Shown: positions 47,385 through 60,700 of the stretch, one piece after another
Position numbering within the stretch: the stretch's first letter is position 1
How the letters are laid out: every line of letters begins with the position of its first letter
DNA from: Priapulus caudatus
Taxonomy: Eukaryota
Length of the DNA: 64,000 nt
NCBI RefSeq assembly: GCF_000485595.1
Contig: NW_014577078.1
Span: 214,427 to 278,426 of the forward strand
Reading direction: 5' to 3'
Program-made: the position numbers and the translations under genes
Notes under the pieces: generated by a model
Databases searched by the model: none
Told to the model about the DNA's origin: nothing
What the model saw: only the letters and a program-made list of their open reading frames with translations

Positions 47385-47830
47385 ATGGAGAATCGATTAA
47401 GATCAAATTTAGTCTGATTATATAATTACTTCATTAACATATTTACAAAATGGCCACCACAGAACTGTGAAACACATTCTTTAGTCATATATTTACTTCT
47501 AATTACGATTTTTTAATGTATTTTCATGACCTATCTTAGTTAGTAGAAAAGGAATCGATTAGGATGAAATTTAATGTGATTAGATAATTAGCTCATACAC
47601 ATATGTACAAAATGGCCACTGTAGAAACTAAATTAATCGTTCTGGGCATATATGTCATTTTCTACGTTTGTAATACTTGGTTCTCTACTGCTATCACTGC
47701 ATTTCTGAATGAATGTAAATTCTGTACTATTGTTTTACAAGGATTTGATACCTGTTTATACGAGGAATCTATTTGGGTAAAATATGATGTGATTATATAT
47801 ATAAAGTTTAATTGGGAAATGCCGAATTAA
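47385..47830 (+). repeat. Diverged tandem repeat (about 160-bp unit, 2-3 copies), Helentron-internal-like
   Basis: gaatcgatta.gat.aaattta....gatta.ataatta...acaaaatggccac recurs at about 47390 and 47552, and partially at about 47765. Confidence 0.55.
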
Positions 47831-47925
47831 TTAACTCACCTAAATGCAGCTGGAGATGTTAATTCGTCATTAAACGAAGTCGGGAAGAAGTCGTACAGCA
47901 CAGCACCCTGATTAACAGTATCTGT

Positions 47926-48153
47926 ACTAGACAGAGGGCACTCACGGAGAGTGCATACCTCCGCCAGAATGTAACATGTATGTTTATAACAGCTGGCTCG
48001 CTGCTGGCTGCTGCTGACTGGACGCCCTAAGGCAAGCTGCTGCTGACTCGACGCCCTAAGGCGAGCTGCTGCTGAATTGATCACTAGTGTCTACACACAC
48101 ACACGAACACACACACGAGACCGAATACATTACCTCCTTGGCGGAGGTAACAA
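47926..48153 (-). mobile_element. Helentron-associated non-autonomous element (DINE-1/HINE-like)
   Basis: Minus strand shows ttgttacctccgccaaggaggtaa at the 5' end, a (GT)n microsatellite, the inverted copy ggcggaggta, the stem-loop gcactctccgtgagtgc and a terminal ctagt. Confidence 0.8.
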
Positions 48154-50631
48154 GGATAGTAGTAGTAACTAGCAGTTGTGTGGGACTAATCAGTGACCCT
48201 TCGACCAGCTAGTCCTTTCTTCGAGTAAGTGCAATATTTATCATTCAGGTAATGATCGAACACCAACTTGCCAGATGTCCGGCAACGACAGCTAAATCAA
48301 CTGGACCACAATCAGACACTATTTTGCCTTGTTGGTAGTTTGTAGACATGCATCGACATGCAAGATCTGCTTTTGTCCAGTGTCACAGAATTCATATATC
48401 TGACAGTGATGGGATAGGCATGGTATTTATGTTCGTAGAACTTGGTAATATTTTCGCTGCCCAACTTGTACTAAATGTACAATCAAGACAGATACAGATA
48501 AAAACGCACAGCTCGTCTTCGGGGAAGCTGCCTGATGTGCTGTCTCATATGCTCTTTTTACCTGCTTTGTGGTCGTAAACAGTGCAAGATCGTTTTAGGT
48601 TTAATGTGTTTGTAGGTGGTCGCTCCTACCAGATACGTACGTCACTCCTGCACAGATGGGTTGTATTACGTTTGCCTAATTGACTCCTAATTACCACTTG
48701 CCCTATGCAAATTCTAAAATACAGAGCTTTCCATCAACGAATAGGTTGATGTGTAGAATTCCAATCATTTCGCACACACTTTATACTTTCCACACTGCTT
48801 GTCAGTGTGTTCACTGAACTTATATTGCAATGCCTTGCAATCTCATTATCTGAAATTATCCACATGAGAATAGCAAATCGATTTTCAGTTAGTCTCCAGC
48901 ACCTTTGCTATTCGTGATTTTGAGTTATGGCCGTCAAGGAGCTGTGTGCTGTCTTTTCCACTATGAAGTGACCTTTGGCGAATTAGCGCTAAGCATTTGG
49001 AAGTGTATTTTTCAGCTGATTCGTGTCTCTCCTTTGGTTCAGCGCCCACGTTAAGTAGTGTGTACGATTTAGGAGAAAGAATCACGAAGTCAGCATTCAT
49101 CAATATAATACCATCAAGTAAAGTTCGAAGTTCGCTTCTTTTTGCTACATTTTCAAGCCTAGAAGCGTAATGTAAAGACCTCTACTGTCTCTGTATTTCT
49201 CCACACGTAAAAAATACTGGTTTTGTGCACATTCCCATTTCTAATACTGATCCTTGTCTTCACTGGACTACTCTTATTGGTTTGTTCTGTTGACTCTCGT
49301 ATTTAATTATTTTCATTAAAATTCACAGTTATATCAAAGTCATCATGTCTCAAATCAATAGTTGAGAAATTAATGATTTTTATATAATATAGTAGTATAT
49401 CTACACAGTATACTTAATTCCATTAACTTACATTTTGAATTTCTGATGAACAGTTAACCTTGCTTGTTTTAATTTTGAATTTTCTATGGTTATCATTTTG
49501 TGGATATGCAAATAGAGTAATTGTACAATCACATTAGATTTTATAGTAGATTCCTCATGATCCGAAACCACGGTAGAGCTTTCAGAATCACTCGGAAGTG
49601 TTACTTTGAAGTGGAGATATGCTCAAAAATGTAATTCAGGTTTGTGGTAGCCAGTGAATATCTGAATTAGGAAATTTTTCAATCGTCTTAAATTTCACTC
49701 TAATCAATTCATCATGCCCACAAACTATTACAAGATATGTCAAATCACTAAAAATGAGCACGTGCACAATCTTGTGATTTTATTGCTGTGCTAAGGAGCT
49801 CGACTCCTTACGTTTAAATTACGCTATATAAAATTAAATGTGATTACAAGTGCATTACATGAATAAAGTTACAAATAAATTTGTGGTTTCATATCCACTT
49901 CAACTATTTTTTTAATGTTTTAAAACTGTCTATGATCGTTTCCTAACAATGTCAGTGACACCCATACATGTGTCTACTAAGGAAGTTACGCAAATGCGTT
50001 GTGGTAATAAAGGTGAATGTATTACAAGAAATATGTAGGCATGTACAATTTTATCATGTAGTACGGTATTATATTATCAGGAACTATTTATTTTATTTGT
50101 TTAGGTAATTGTCCATATATACATACTGTTACAATAAATTATAAATTCAAGAATTTAGATAACTACCAATGATATATATACAAAAAGTATAACAAGCACA
50201 ATTATTTACATTGTCGTCCTTGCTACATTACTCTTGATGATAACACTAACAGCCGCACATTATTTTTTATGTGAAATCAATGGCCTATGCGACGTCACCG
50301 TGCATGGTTACTAAGCAGCAGCTGCACACACCAATTCAAATTAAAATTCAAATAAATTTTATTGCTCAATTATCTCGCAGATACACTGGCAAAACGATCA
50401 TTTCCTGATTAATGTATACTGTTTTATCCGCCCGCATTCAGCCGGTTGTTGAATAAATGCTAGGCCAAGCCTGGCGAGTGGATTTTACATCTGTGTTATT
50501 GTTTGCTATCTCATATACTCCGACTAATCCAGTGATCGAACCCGAGCGTAAGCTCATGGGTAAGAAATATCGTTTCGCATAAATACGGCGAACGCTACAC
50601 ATATATATTATTGATATTATATATTATATAT

Positions 50632-50632
50632 A

Positions 50633-50703
<71 letters not shown>

Positions 50704-50799
50704 TGTGTGTGGTGCGTGTGCGTGCGTGCGTGTGTGCGTGCGTGTGCTGCTTGCGTGCGCGTGCGCGGCGTGCGTGTGCGTCGGTGTGTGGCATGCGTG

Positions 50800-50844
<45 letters not shown>

Positions 50845-51335
50845 CGTGTGCCGTGTGTGCGCGAACGCGTGTGGTGTGCGTGTGCGCGCGAACGCGTATG
50901 GTGTGCGTGTGCGCGCGAACGCGTGTGCGTGTGCGCGCGAACGCGTGTGGTGTGCGTGTGTGTGCATGTGCCTCGGCGTGCGTGGGCGTCTGCTTCTGCA
51001 TGTGTTTGCGTGTGGCTGCGTGCGTCTGTGTGTACATGGGTGCCTCTGTGTGTGCGTGCGTGTGTGTGCGTGCGTTTGTGTGTGCGTATGCGTGTGCGTG
51101 CGTTTATGTGTGAGTGCGTCTGTATGTGCGTGCGTCTGTGTGTGCGTGTGCGTGCGTGCGTCTCTGTGTGTGTGTGCGTGCGTGTGCATGCGTACACGTC
51201 TGTGTCTGCGTGCGTCTGCGTACGTCTGCGCCTGTGTGTACGTGCGTCTGCGCCTGCGTGCGCGTGCGTCTGCGTATGTCTGTGTGTGCGTGCCTCTAAG
51301 TGTGCGTGCGTGTGCGTGCGTGCGTCTGTGTGTGC

Positions 51336-51377
<42 letters not shown>

Positions 51378-51418
51378 GCGTGCGTCTGCGTAGTTCTGCG
51401 TGCGTCTGTGTGTGTGCG

Positions 51419-51516
<98 letters not shown>

Positions 51517-52154
51517 CGTGCGTGTGCGTGGGTGCGTGCGCGTGCGTGCGCGTGCGTCGGTGTGTGCATGGGCGTGCGCCATGTGTGTGGTGTGTGTGAT
51601 GTCTGGTGTGCGCGCGCCCGGGTGTGCGGTCGTGTGCGGCGCGGGCGCGTGTGCGTGTGCGCGGCGAAACGCGTGTGGTCTGCGTGTGCGGGCGGAACTG
51701 GCGTGTGGTGTGCAGTGGTGTGGTGCATTGTGGGCGCTCGGCGTGCGTGGGCGTCTGCTTACTGGCATTGTGTTTGCGCGTGTGGGATGGCGTGCGGGTC
51801 TGATGTGTAGCAGGGCATCTGTGTGTGCGTGCGTGTGTCGTGTGGCGTGGCGTTTGTGTGTGGGGCGAGTTGCGGTGGGCGTTTATGCTTGTGAGTGCGT
51901 CTGTTAATGTGGCGTGCGAGCTGTGTTGGGCGTGTACGTGCGTGCGTCTCTGTGTGTGTGTGGCGTGGCGTGTGCATGCGTCCAGCGGGTGGGTCGTGTC
52001 TGGGCGTGCGTCTGGGCGTAACGTCTGGTCGCCTGTGTGTTAGTGCGTTCTGCGCCTGGCGTGCGCGTGCGTCCTGGCTGTGATGTCTGTGTGTGGGCGT
52101 GCCTCTACGTGTGGCGTGCGTGTGCGTGCGGTGGCGTCTGTGTGTGGCCTTGTG

Positions 52155-52187
<33 letters not shown>

Positions 52188-52242
52188 TGTCGCGTGCGTC
52201 TGGCGTAGTTCTGCGTGGGCGTCCTGCTATGTGTGGCGTGTT

Positions 52243-52290
<48 letters not shown>

Positions 52291-52590
52291 TGCATGTGAG
52301 CGCGTGTGCATGTGCGTGTGCGTGTGCGCGCGAACGCGTGTGTCTGTGTGTGCGTGCGTGTGTGTGCGTGCGCGCGCGTTCGTGTGAGTGCGCGTGCGTG
52401 CGTCTGCGTGCGTTTATGTGTGCGTGCGTGCGTCTGCATGCGTGCGTGCGTGTGCGTGCGTGTGCGTGCGCGCGTCTGTGTGTGCGTGCGTTTATGTGTG
52501 CGTGTGTCTGTGTGTGCATGCGTCTGTGTGTGCGTACGTCTGTGTGTGCGTGTGTGTGCGTGTGTCTGTGTGTGTGCGCGTGCGAACTGC
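50632..52590. repeat. (GT/GC)-rich satellite with higher-order structure; continues at 54444-54960
   Basis: Alternating purine-pyrimidine repeat with recurring landmarks (gcgaacgcgtg, gcctcta, tagttctgcgtg, tttatgtgtg). Confidence 0.9.
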
Positions 52591-52749
52591 GCAAAATGGT
52601 GGATGACTTAATATTATAATGGTACCTCCGCTTCCCTTTCCACACCCTACGCTCCCCCACCTCTCAGCTATTCAATCGTTGTTTTGAGCGCCACGCAAGA
52701 ACGCGACATTTTTGTTCGTTGTTCTCTGTTTCCAAGCTATGTAACTGTT

Positions 52750-54443
52750 CAGTGGCAGATCCAGGATTCCAAGGAGGGGGTGAAAACAGGCGGGGGTATG
52801 GGGGCCCTCCTCCAGAAAATTTTGAAAATTTAGATAGCAGGAGATGGTATTTGAGGCACTTTTGAGTACATGTACTCCCTTCATTCTGACTACGACAATT
52901 CTCTTTTTAGTAGAACAATTCTTGCACTTGCAGCGCGGCATTGCTTTCTGTACCGGGGGGGGGGGACCACCGCTGGGATGGGGGCGACAGCAAAATTCTT
53001 TCTTGGAATTGTGAAAAAAGCAGAACGCATTTCCGTCAAATTATTCTTTAGAGAAGAAACGGCATCAAGAGCTGTTATCAGATCCAGTTCCTCTGACTGC
53101 AAGTAGTTGCTAACAATTTTACACCTACTTAGGATTGGACGCAGCGCTTCCATGTTGAGGACGAAGTTAAACGTTGACAGATTTTTCCGCAGCCCTTGTG
53201 CATATGCTACTACTTAGGACGGGTAGCTTTCCTGGCTATTTCCTCTAGGGCCTCAAGGAACGCCTTCAGATTGACAGAAATCGATGTCCATCTGGTTTCT
53301 GACAAGCTTTTTCGGGTCTTGATTCGCTGATCTGTCATCAGCCTTTTCATGATAGATTCCAGAATGCAATGGCGATGAGAGCTTGACTCAATAAAGGTGT
53401 AGACATTTTGTATATATTTGTATATATTGACAATTTGTATCCTGCATATAAGCTGGGAAGACCATCGAACAAATATCAGCATTCTTGATGAGGCTCGCTG
53501 TACAACTATTGAAGCACTGATCATAAAGAGTCAACTACGCTGGTCTGGTCATGTAGTGAGTATGCCTGACTTCCGTCTACCAAAGCGAGCCCTCTTTGGC
53601 GAACTCAAGGAAGGGAAGCGAACAAGAGATGGACGAAGGAAACGGTTTAAGGACAATATAAAAGCTAGCTTGAATAAATGTGACATTAATACCAATGACT
53701 GGCAAAGGCTAGCTTGTCTGAGACCCACCTGGAGGGGCGTTGTTTACGACGGTGTCTATTTTGAGACGGTCAGGCGCCAAGAAGTCGAAAGGAAACGGAT
53801 CTTACGCAAAGAGCGTGCAAGGTCCCGGGAAGAGGGAAAAATTCCACCTCTACCCCCTGGAAACAGCTGTCAATTGTGTGGCAAGATGTGTGGGTCGCGT
53901 ACAGGGTTTATAAGTCATCTGAGAATGCACAGAGAATAATTTTACAACTTTTAGACAATCATACTCGCTTGCGAGTGATTCCGTAGATAGATAGACATTT
54001 TGTACGGTCCCCGAGAAGTTGCGTGTGCTAATTATCTCAGCCATGGCATCTGCTACAACGAGATTTAGGCTATTATAATACACGCACGTACAAGACTTAC
54101 GTTGCATGGTACTGCGTACTGTCTCCTCTATCTCGTGCACTGTACTGTTGCCTAATACCACATGTAATATGTTTTAGGACCGCGCGCGTTTGTATGTGGC
54201 CGTAGTAGCACGTTAGATAGACTACAGGAATATAGGCTAATGCCGCAGACTTTACCGTTTCATATCCAGGCCGCGTTCTGTGCCGTAAATAAAAATAACG
54301 CTTCCAGGCCATTGGGGGTAGGGGTCGTGTGTGCTGTTGATCTGTCAACCAACCTCCTTCCCATTTTTTCTTTGTTTTATAATTTTTTTGTTACTTTCGG
54401 ATGTGCCATGGTCACCTTTGCCCCCCCCCCAACTACGCCACTG
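52750..54443 (-). mobile_element. Degraded hAT transposon (transposase relic) interrupted by an RTE LINE
   Basis: Minus-strand pieces: NSLNLVVADAM (C..H.LNL-like), QNVYTFIESSSHRH, KSLSETRW, SNYLQSEELDLITALDAVSSL. CAGTGGC-type ends lie at 52750 and 54443, but no TSD was found. Confidence 0.7.
53413..53991 (+). mobile_element. 5'-truncated RTE-clade LINE
   Basis: ORF carries ILHISWEDHRTNISIL, QLRWSGHVVSMPDFRLPKRALFGEL and a C-terminal C2H2 (CQLCGKMCGSRTGFISHLRMH). (TAGA)n tail and 13-bp TSD tagacattttgta (53400-53412 and 53992-54004). Confidence 0.92.
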
Positions 54444-54670
54444 CGTGTGCGTTTGCGTGTGCGCGCGAACGCGTGTGTCTGTGTGTGCGTGTGCGTGCGC
54501 TTGCGAGCGCTTGCGCACGTGTGCGTGCGTGCGTGAGTGTGCGTGTGCGTCCGTGCGTGTGCGTCTGTGTGTGCGTGCGTCTGCGTACGTCTGTGTGTGC
54601 GTGCCTTTATGTGTGCGTGCGTGTGCGTGCGTGCGTGTTCGTGCGTGTGCGTGCGCGTGTGTGTGCGTGC

Positions 54671-54717
<47 letters not shown>

Positions 54718-56426
54718 CGCGCGCGCGCGTGTGCGTGTGCGTGCGAACGCGTGTGTCTGTGTGTCCGTGTGTGCGTGTGCGCGCGTGCGTATACATGCGT
54801 CTGTGCGTGCGTCTGTGCGTGCGTGCGCGTGCGTGTGCGTGTGCGTGCGTCTGCGTGAGCGTGCGTTTATGTGTGCGTGCGTGCTTCTGTATGTGCGTGC
54901 GTGCGCGTGCGTGTGCGTGCGTCTGTGTGTGTGTGCGTTTATGTGTGCGTGAGTCTGTGGCAGCAGCCACCCCCCCTAAATTTTAGAGCACAATTAAAAT
55001 AAGCTTAACTAATAATCGTAAATAACCCTAACGTTATTTTTTGGTCACTTATCCGTGAAAGCCTTGTCTCAGACACACACTATGGACGTACGTCGATCAA
55101 GAGCTGCGCCCGACGCTCGATCATCATTACACAGTTGAGTCATTAAATTTTGCCCCCCTCACTAGGAATTTGTTCAGCCGACGGTCCTGGTGTGTCTAGA
55201 TAACTCGCGTAAAAGTATTGCTTTGAAATGTGATGATGCACCTATTTACAACGTAATAGTATTGAAAAATAGCGAAGACCATTGTTTTCTCTGCCTCTCT
55301 TCCTGTCACGTAGCCCCTATGCACTTTTATACGTGTATCAGGCTTGATGTTATTAAAGTTCATAATACCTAAAAAAATACGTTTAAAAAATGTCCATTAA
55401 TATAGCTTATTTCGTTATCAATACTAGACCAACATTTACTGGATAATTGAATAATTGTGTAGAAAAATTATGTTATTTTCCATAATTCCTTAATCCGATT
55501 CCAACCATGCACCTTTGTTTTAAAATACAAGGAAAATACAAGAAATATTAACAGGCTTAAAAAAGATGCTGTTCCGTCTCTGATAGTAGTCAGTAACCCT
55601 CCCCCAAAAGTGACACCCCCACCAGTAAGAATTTTCACAGCGCTACAGCGATGCCATATTGCTAAAAGTCGTGCACTGTCGGAGTGCGAAAAGATACGAA
55701 TAGGGTGAAGAAGGTATGCAAACTGCATGCGCATTGAACCCCCTTCGTACACTCGGGATGCTTGAATTGATTGAATGATTGAATTGATTGAACTCGGGTG
55801 AATTGAGTGAGAGTAAGAGCGTCATCTGTCGTGGAGTTTGGAAGGTATGCTGCACTAGTGTGTTGAAAGTATTGTTGAAATTTTCTTGTTTTTCTTACTC
55901 TCGCGTATCCGGTATGCCATATTTAGTTACTAAAGAACTAAATCTAAACCATTACTCTTCAAAAAAATGCAAGTATTTAAATTAGAGTAAAAGACGTGGA
56001 GATTATATATGCTTTGTTCTTTTTGTTTATAGGAAAAGAGAAATATCTGCCAATAAACAGTGTTGCTGCATGGTTATAGTTTTTATGTGTAAAAATTAAT
56101 TCTATCTAAGCGTTTAACGGAAGCAAGGTTAACATAAAGACTGATATTTTCCTTTTAAAAATTGTATATCGCCTTATAAAACATCATTCGGAATATCAGA
56201 AGATGTTTTAACGTAAAAAATACACTATCAGTTTGCCACTGTAGCAAGCGTTATACTACCTACGGCTTCATTCGCTGGGCGGCGCCACCATGCATACATT
56301 ACTGTATTTTGGCGCTAGTCTCAGAGTATTTTGCTGTAGTTTGGCGAGATCTCGATTAATCGAATCGAATCGAAAATCGAATCGCATCGCATCGCGAATC
56401 GAAATCAGTGGTTGACGGCTGTCAAT

Positions 56427-59053
56427 ATGGCTGGAGTTTTTGATGATGTTGTAACTTGCAAGACAGCAGCGGAAAACATACGGTTGCAGAAACAGATTAC
56501 AGAGAAACTGTATCAGAGAGATACCGAGAGGCTAGCAGAAGTCGATAGGAAAAAATCAGAACGACTTGACCATCGTAGCGAGAAAGAAAGTGCTTCGTAC
56601 TTCTCAGCTACGTTCGGTGGGTGTACCGTGTAGGGCCTACTGCCGTTGTTAATTGATTCTTTATGGGCCTATGTATAGACCAATAAATTGTGCCCTAAAA
56701 ATTTTTATATTCTGATGTTATTTTAGGGCCCAATGGGCAATAGCCTTCCATAGACAAAACCTGTGAATTCTGTCGTACAAAATGCACGACAACCTTTTCA
56801 CTATTTACGGCCGTGTTACATAGAAAATCAAAGAAATACCTAAAGCCGTCGCCTTATTAACATCTTACCTACATTACAAAACACTGGTTCAAGGATAGAG
56901 AACATGGGTCCCAATAATTTGATCAAAATCAATGTCATTTACATCAATATAAATATAATATTATATCAATATAATAGGTTAGGGTTATGGTTAGGGTTAG
57001 GATTGGGATTAGGGTTAGGGTTAGGCACATTGGTTTTATTGGTACCCATGTTCTCTATCCTTGGGCCAAAACACTTGTCATGCAGTATTCTCCTCTTTAA
57101 TCACGTTTATTTTATTAAAACATCACGACATAAAAATCACGCAAAATTTGCTACACACAAAACTGCCAATCTTGCATTGAACCGCACCGGACAACGTCAC
57201 AGCGATGATTTCATTGGCCGGTGAGAAATGTCGTTGTGCGGTTCACTTCAATGCAAGATGGCAGTTTTGTGTGTACGATGTTTGCGTATTTTTATGTCGT
57301 GATGTTTATAATAAAATCAAAATCTGATTAAAAGACGGAGAATACTGCATACAAGTGTTTGTAAATGTAGGTAAGATGTTAATAAAGCGACGGCTTTTAG
57401 GTATTTCTTTGATTTCTAATTTTTAACACGCCGTAAATAGTGACATAAGGTGTGTCGTGCACTTGCACGAATCAGGATTCACAGTTTTGGTCTATGGAAT
57501 GCTATTGGGCCCATAAAATAACATCAGCAATAAAAAATTTGAGGCACAATTTTATTGTCTACTCCTAAGTGTAATAGACCCCACTAGCACAAGTTAACTT
57601 TTTCGTTTCCTCACTAACACGTGTGAGAAGGTCAAAAAGTGCTATTACGGTCTCAGCGACTGAACCGTTGTAGCTACACCTTTGTAACGAAGAACGTACC
57701 AATACCGCTAAGTTCTGTCATATAGTGTCGACATTGGCTGTATAGTGTTTTACTGTTAATTCATTCTGTATTTTGCCTATGTTGCTACGGTATTTAGTGA
57801 GACGTGGCCTCTTAACTTGTGTATTCAAAACCACCTGCGACGCTCAGGTCGAGGGTTTGCTCTGTCTGTGGCGAGTATTTTCTGTAATATCTTTTCTGCT
57901 ATAGCCTTTGCTCTAAACAGTGAACAAACCGTTGGTCAGTGCCTTTTAAAATGCAGAACGATATATTGTGACTTTCTCTGGTGTTTACTGGAAGAGGTTA
58001 TTTGAGTGAAAGTGTACATTTGATTAATAAATATTGAGCATTTCCTACACCCTACAATTACTACTTATCAGTAACAACATGTCCTTGTCAATGTGACTCA
58101 TGTTATAGTCAGTGTTCCTATTATCGATGATGTAGTAATCTGTTTTTTTGATTTTTATGCTTACAGCTAACGAAAGGCTATCATAGAAAAAAAAGCTTGA
58201 AGACACCACTGACCTGTTCCAAAATTCTCAACTAATTGAGTCACTCATCTTGTTGAATCTCTTCTTCTAATCATGGCAGAAACCGCAAAGATTTGTTGTC
58301 ACACCTCCTACTCTTTTTTTGTCTTCAATATGAGGTGAGGTCAAGCAGGAAATAAACTACAAAAATGAAGATTAACTGAAACTGAGTTGGCTGCCATAGC
58401 CAAAGGACAAAGTTTGCTTTTAAAGGACAAAAGAAATTGATAACCGAAGTGAAGAATATCACAAACCAGCGCAAGTTAAAGTTGAGGTAAGTTGAAGAAA
58501 ACTGTCAAATTCAGGAATACTGCCATTCAAGCAATGGATGGTGGCTTCAGCGATCAGAGAAGTTGGAAACACCTGCATGTGGATAATCGTAAATCTTTGA
58601 GGAAGATGTCTCGCTTAGCACTCAAAGACGCATTATGAAACTACGATGGTTACCCAACATGACTTCACGATTTGAGACAAGGGTTGCAAGCCTGCAAGGT
58701 AATTTCACATACCTGTGTTTACGTCAGTATTCATTGTAGCTGGACAAGGATTGCACGTTTGTTATAGCCTGGCTCAAGTCATGTGAGAATGCACACGACG
58801 TCAGATTGTGAGATTTATCTACATGTCACGTAGTCGTGCAATAGTGAGAGACAGTAATGGGGTGTTGGCGATATAGGCTCCGACAATTATAAGATATGAT
58901 TGGTCCGATGAGATTAACAAGAAATCGCCAGAATTGAAACCGGAGAGAACAAATTAATTGGGATGATCTTGATTGATCTTCAATTGGTTTGTCTTAGTGA
59001 CAAAAATCAACTCACCCTAACTTGGAGTGTACTTTCTGACGAAACAGAGGTGA
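56427..59053 (+). CDS. TBCC: Tubulin-specific chaperone C (two exons; exon 2 frameshifted in this assembly)
   Basis: Exon 1 (56427-56616): ...ITEKLYQRDTERLAEVDRKKSER...EKESASYFSATF resembles the TBCC N-terminal coiled region. Exon 2 (about 58167-59053, after ttacag) shows broken-frame pieces KFAFK, GFSDQ, VFTSVFI, IYLHVT, RAIV, NWDD and a final WSVL, in TBCC order. Confidence 0.8.
56676..57561. mobile_element. Long foldback element in the TBCC intron
   Basis: Inverted arms of about 330 bp meeting near 57190-57235. The left arm is interrupted by the MITE at 56886-57067. Confidence 0.85.
56886..57067. mobile_element. GG...CC MITE with 8-bp TSD and (TTAGGG)-like tract, nested in a foldback element
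   Basis: TIRs ggttcaaggatagagaacatggg / cccatgttctctatccttgggcc, with TSD aaaacact. Confidence 0.85.
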
Positions 59054-59931
59054 AAAACGTGGGAGGTGTGATGTGCTAGACAAATACGTTTGGAACTATT
59101 CTATTGAAATCTCTGTGGATTTGTTTTATGGTATATAGGCAAAAATTTAAATGAGTTAATTAACATGTATTGAAGGGCTTAAAAATGTATTAACTGATAG
59201 TTTACTATTGACAATTGGTAAGGATGTGCAACTAGTGTTTATGTTGAATTTATCATTATATTGGCTATGCATTGTTTGACGAACATTAAAATGTAGCAAT
59301 CTTTAACATTATAGCATGATATGGGTGCGTATGGGTGTGTCTAGTGANNNNNNNNNNNNNNNNNNNNNNNNNTTTCATTAGAGGTATATCTTTTTTCTTT
59401 CATGGTCAAGCACTCAACGAGATCGATCTTTCGTCGGTAACGTCACCAACATCAAGTCCGAGAGGAAAGTAACACCATGCTTGTACTTCTAGAATAAACA
59501 AGTTACATTTAAACCCCGAGTCACTTTCAACTTTGCACTGAGTCTAAGAGGCATCTGCTGAATTAATGATCGTATTCCTGAGGCAAATTTTTTTACCTAT
59601 CACCCATATATAGGCAAGTACAAACGTGCAATGTTAAAGATAATTCATTTTGCCCTGATTTTTGTTTGCCCTTGAAAACATCCGTCAGGGGAAGACCCTT
59701 TAAGTGCTAAAAGTCTCCTTTCTTTTGCAAACTGATAAAAGACTGTCGCATGGGAAACTATTAAAAAGTCTCTAAAATTTTACAAGGGGGTGTATTTAGT
59801 TAGCATATAAAACAGTTAAAAGGAATTAGTAGTGTAACATGTGATGTACAGATGTTTAAATAGAGTAGTCAGTGGAGTTAGACTAGGGGTTGTTTTAGTG
59901 ATAGTCTATCTAGACACAGCGTCACGCACCT

Positions 59932-60283
59932 TGTCGCGGTTACATTGATGTATTAGGGAGAATTGTAAACGTGTTTTAGGTCGGGAGTTTCTAGGGTGAC
60001 TGTGAAATGGGTGGTGAGCAGAGCGGGTGTAGACATGTGGGGTGATGGCGGGGTTTTGGAGAGAGAAGAGAGATCTAGGGGTCGGGAGTCTGGTGGTGAT
60101 CACGAGAGGAAGCGCACGCGCTCACACACGTGTGCGTGTTGCGTTGTCTTTGTGCAAGATGGACACACTGTGCGAGTAGTTATTAAAGTTTATTCCAGTT
60201 ACCACACAAGTTTTGGATTCCTTCTATATCATTTATTCAACGAACTTCATTTCAACGTTACATTTTGGTGCCGTGACCAGGAT
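59932..60283 (+). mobile_element. 5' LTR plus tRNA-His primer-binding site of an LTR retrotransposon
   Basis: TGTCGCG ... CGTTACA (59932-60262) with ATTAAA at about 60182, then ttt and TGGTGCCGTGACCAGGAT (60266-60283), which is complementary to the tRNA-His 3' end. The LTR start is approximate. Confidence 0.7.
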
Positions 60284-60493
60284 GAACGTTACAGTAGAAC
60301 TCAATTAACTTTAAAAACAAATACTCTTGGAGTCCTTCTAACTGATCAGCCTCATGCACTCATTCCACATATTCTCTGAACTTCGTCGGATGTCTGATTT
60401 CCCGTGTTCTGGTTGATCTAGTAGTTTCTGAATTTCCATGAAAATAAGATAATTCCCAATAATGGACCCGCGTTTGCTGACCGATTCTGTGAC

Positions 60494-60700
60494 TTTATCA
60501 CTCCCGATAGCCTTATCACTTGCGTTGGTTTTATCACTCCCGATAGCCTTATCACTCGCGTTGGTTTTATCACTCCCGATAGCCTTATCACTCGCGTTGG
60601 TTTTATCACTCCACTCCCGGATAGCCTTAATCACTCGGCGTTGGTTTATCACTCTGATATTGCCTTATCGCTCGTGTTTGGTTATATTCCTTATCACTAC
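60494..60700. repeat. 36-bp minisatellite
   Basis: tttatcactcccgatagccttatcactcgcgttggt, about 3 near-perfect copies plus degraded ones. Confidence 0.85.

Noticed and set aside
48190..49160. Possible degraded coding relic (INIALTRR, helicase motif VI-like)
   Set aside because: A single short motif among many stops, with no supporting motifs.
50595..54986. ORFs of up to 421 aa rich in Cys/Val or His/Thr
   Set aside because: Satellite DNA open in several frames on both strands.
60266..60283. tRNA-His gene on the minus strand
   Set aside because: Only the 3' 18 nt including CCA are present, which fits a primer-binding site and not a tRNA gene.
60494..60700. 36-bp repeats as a possible CRISPR array
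   Set aside because: Head-to-tail units with no unique spacers, no cas genes and a eukaryotic context.
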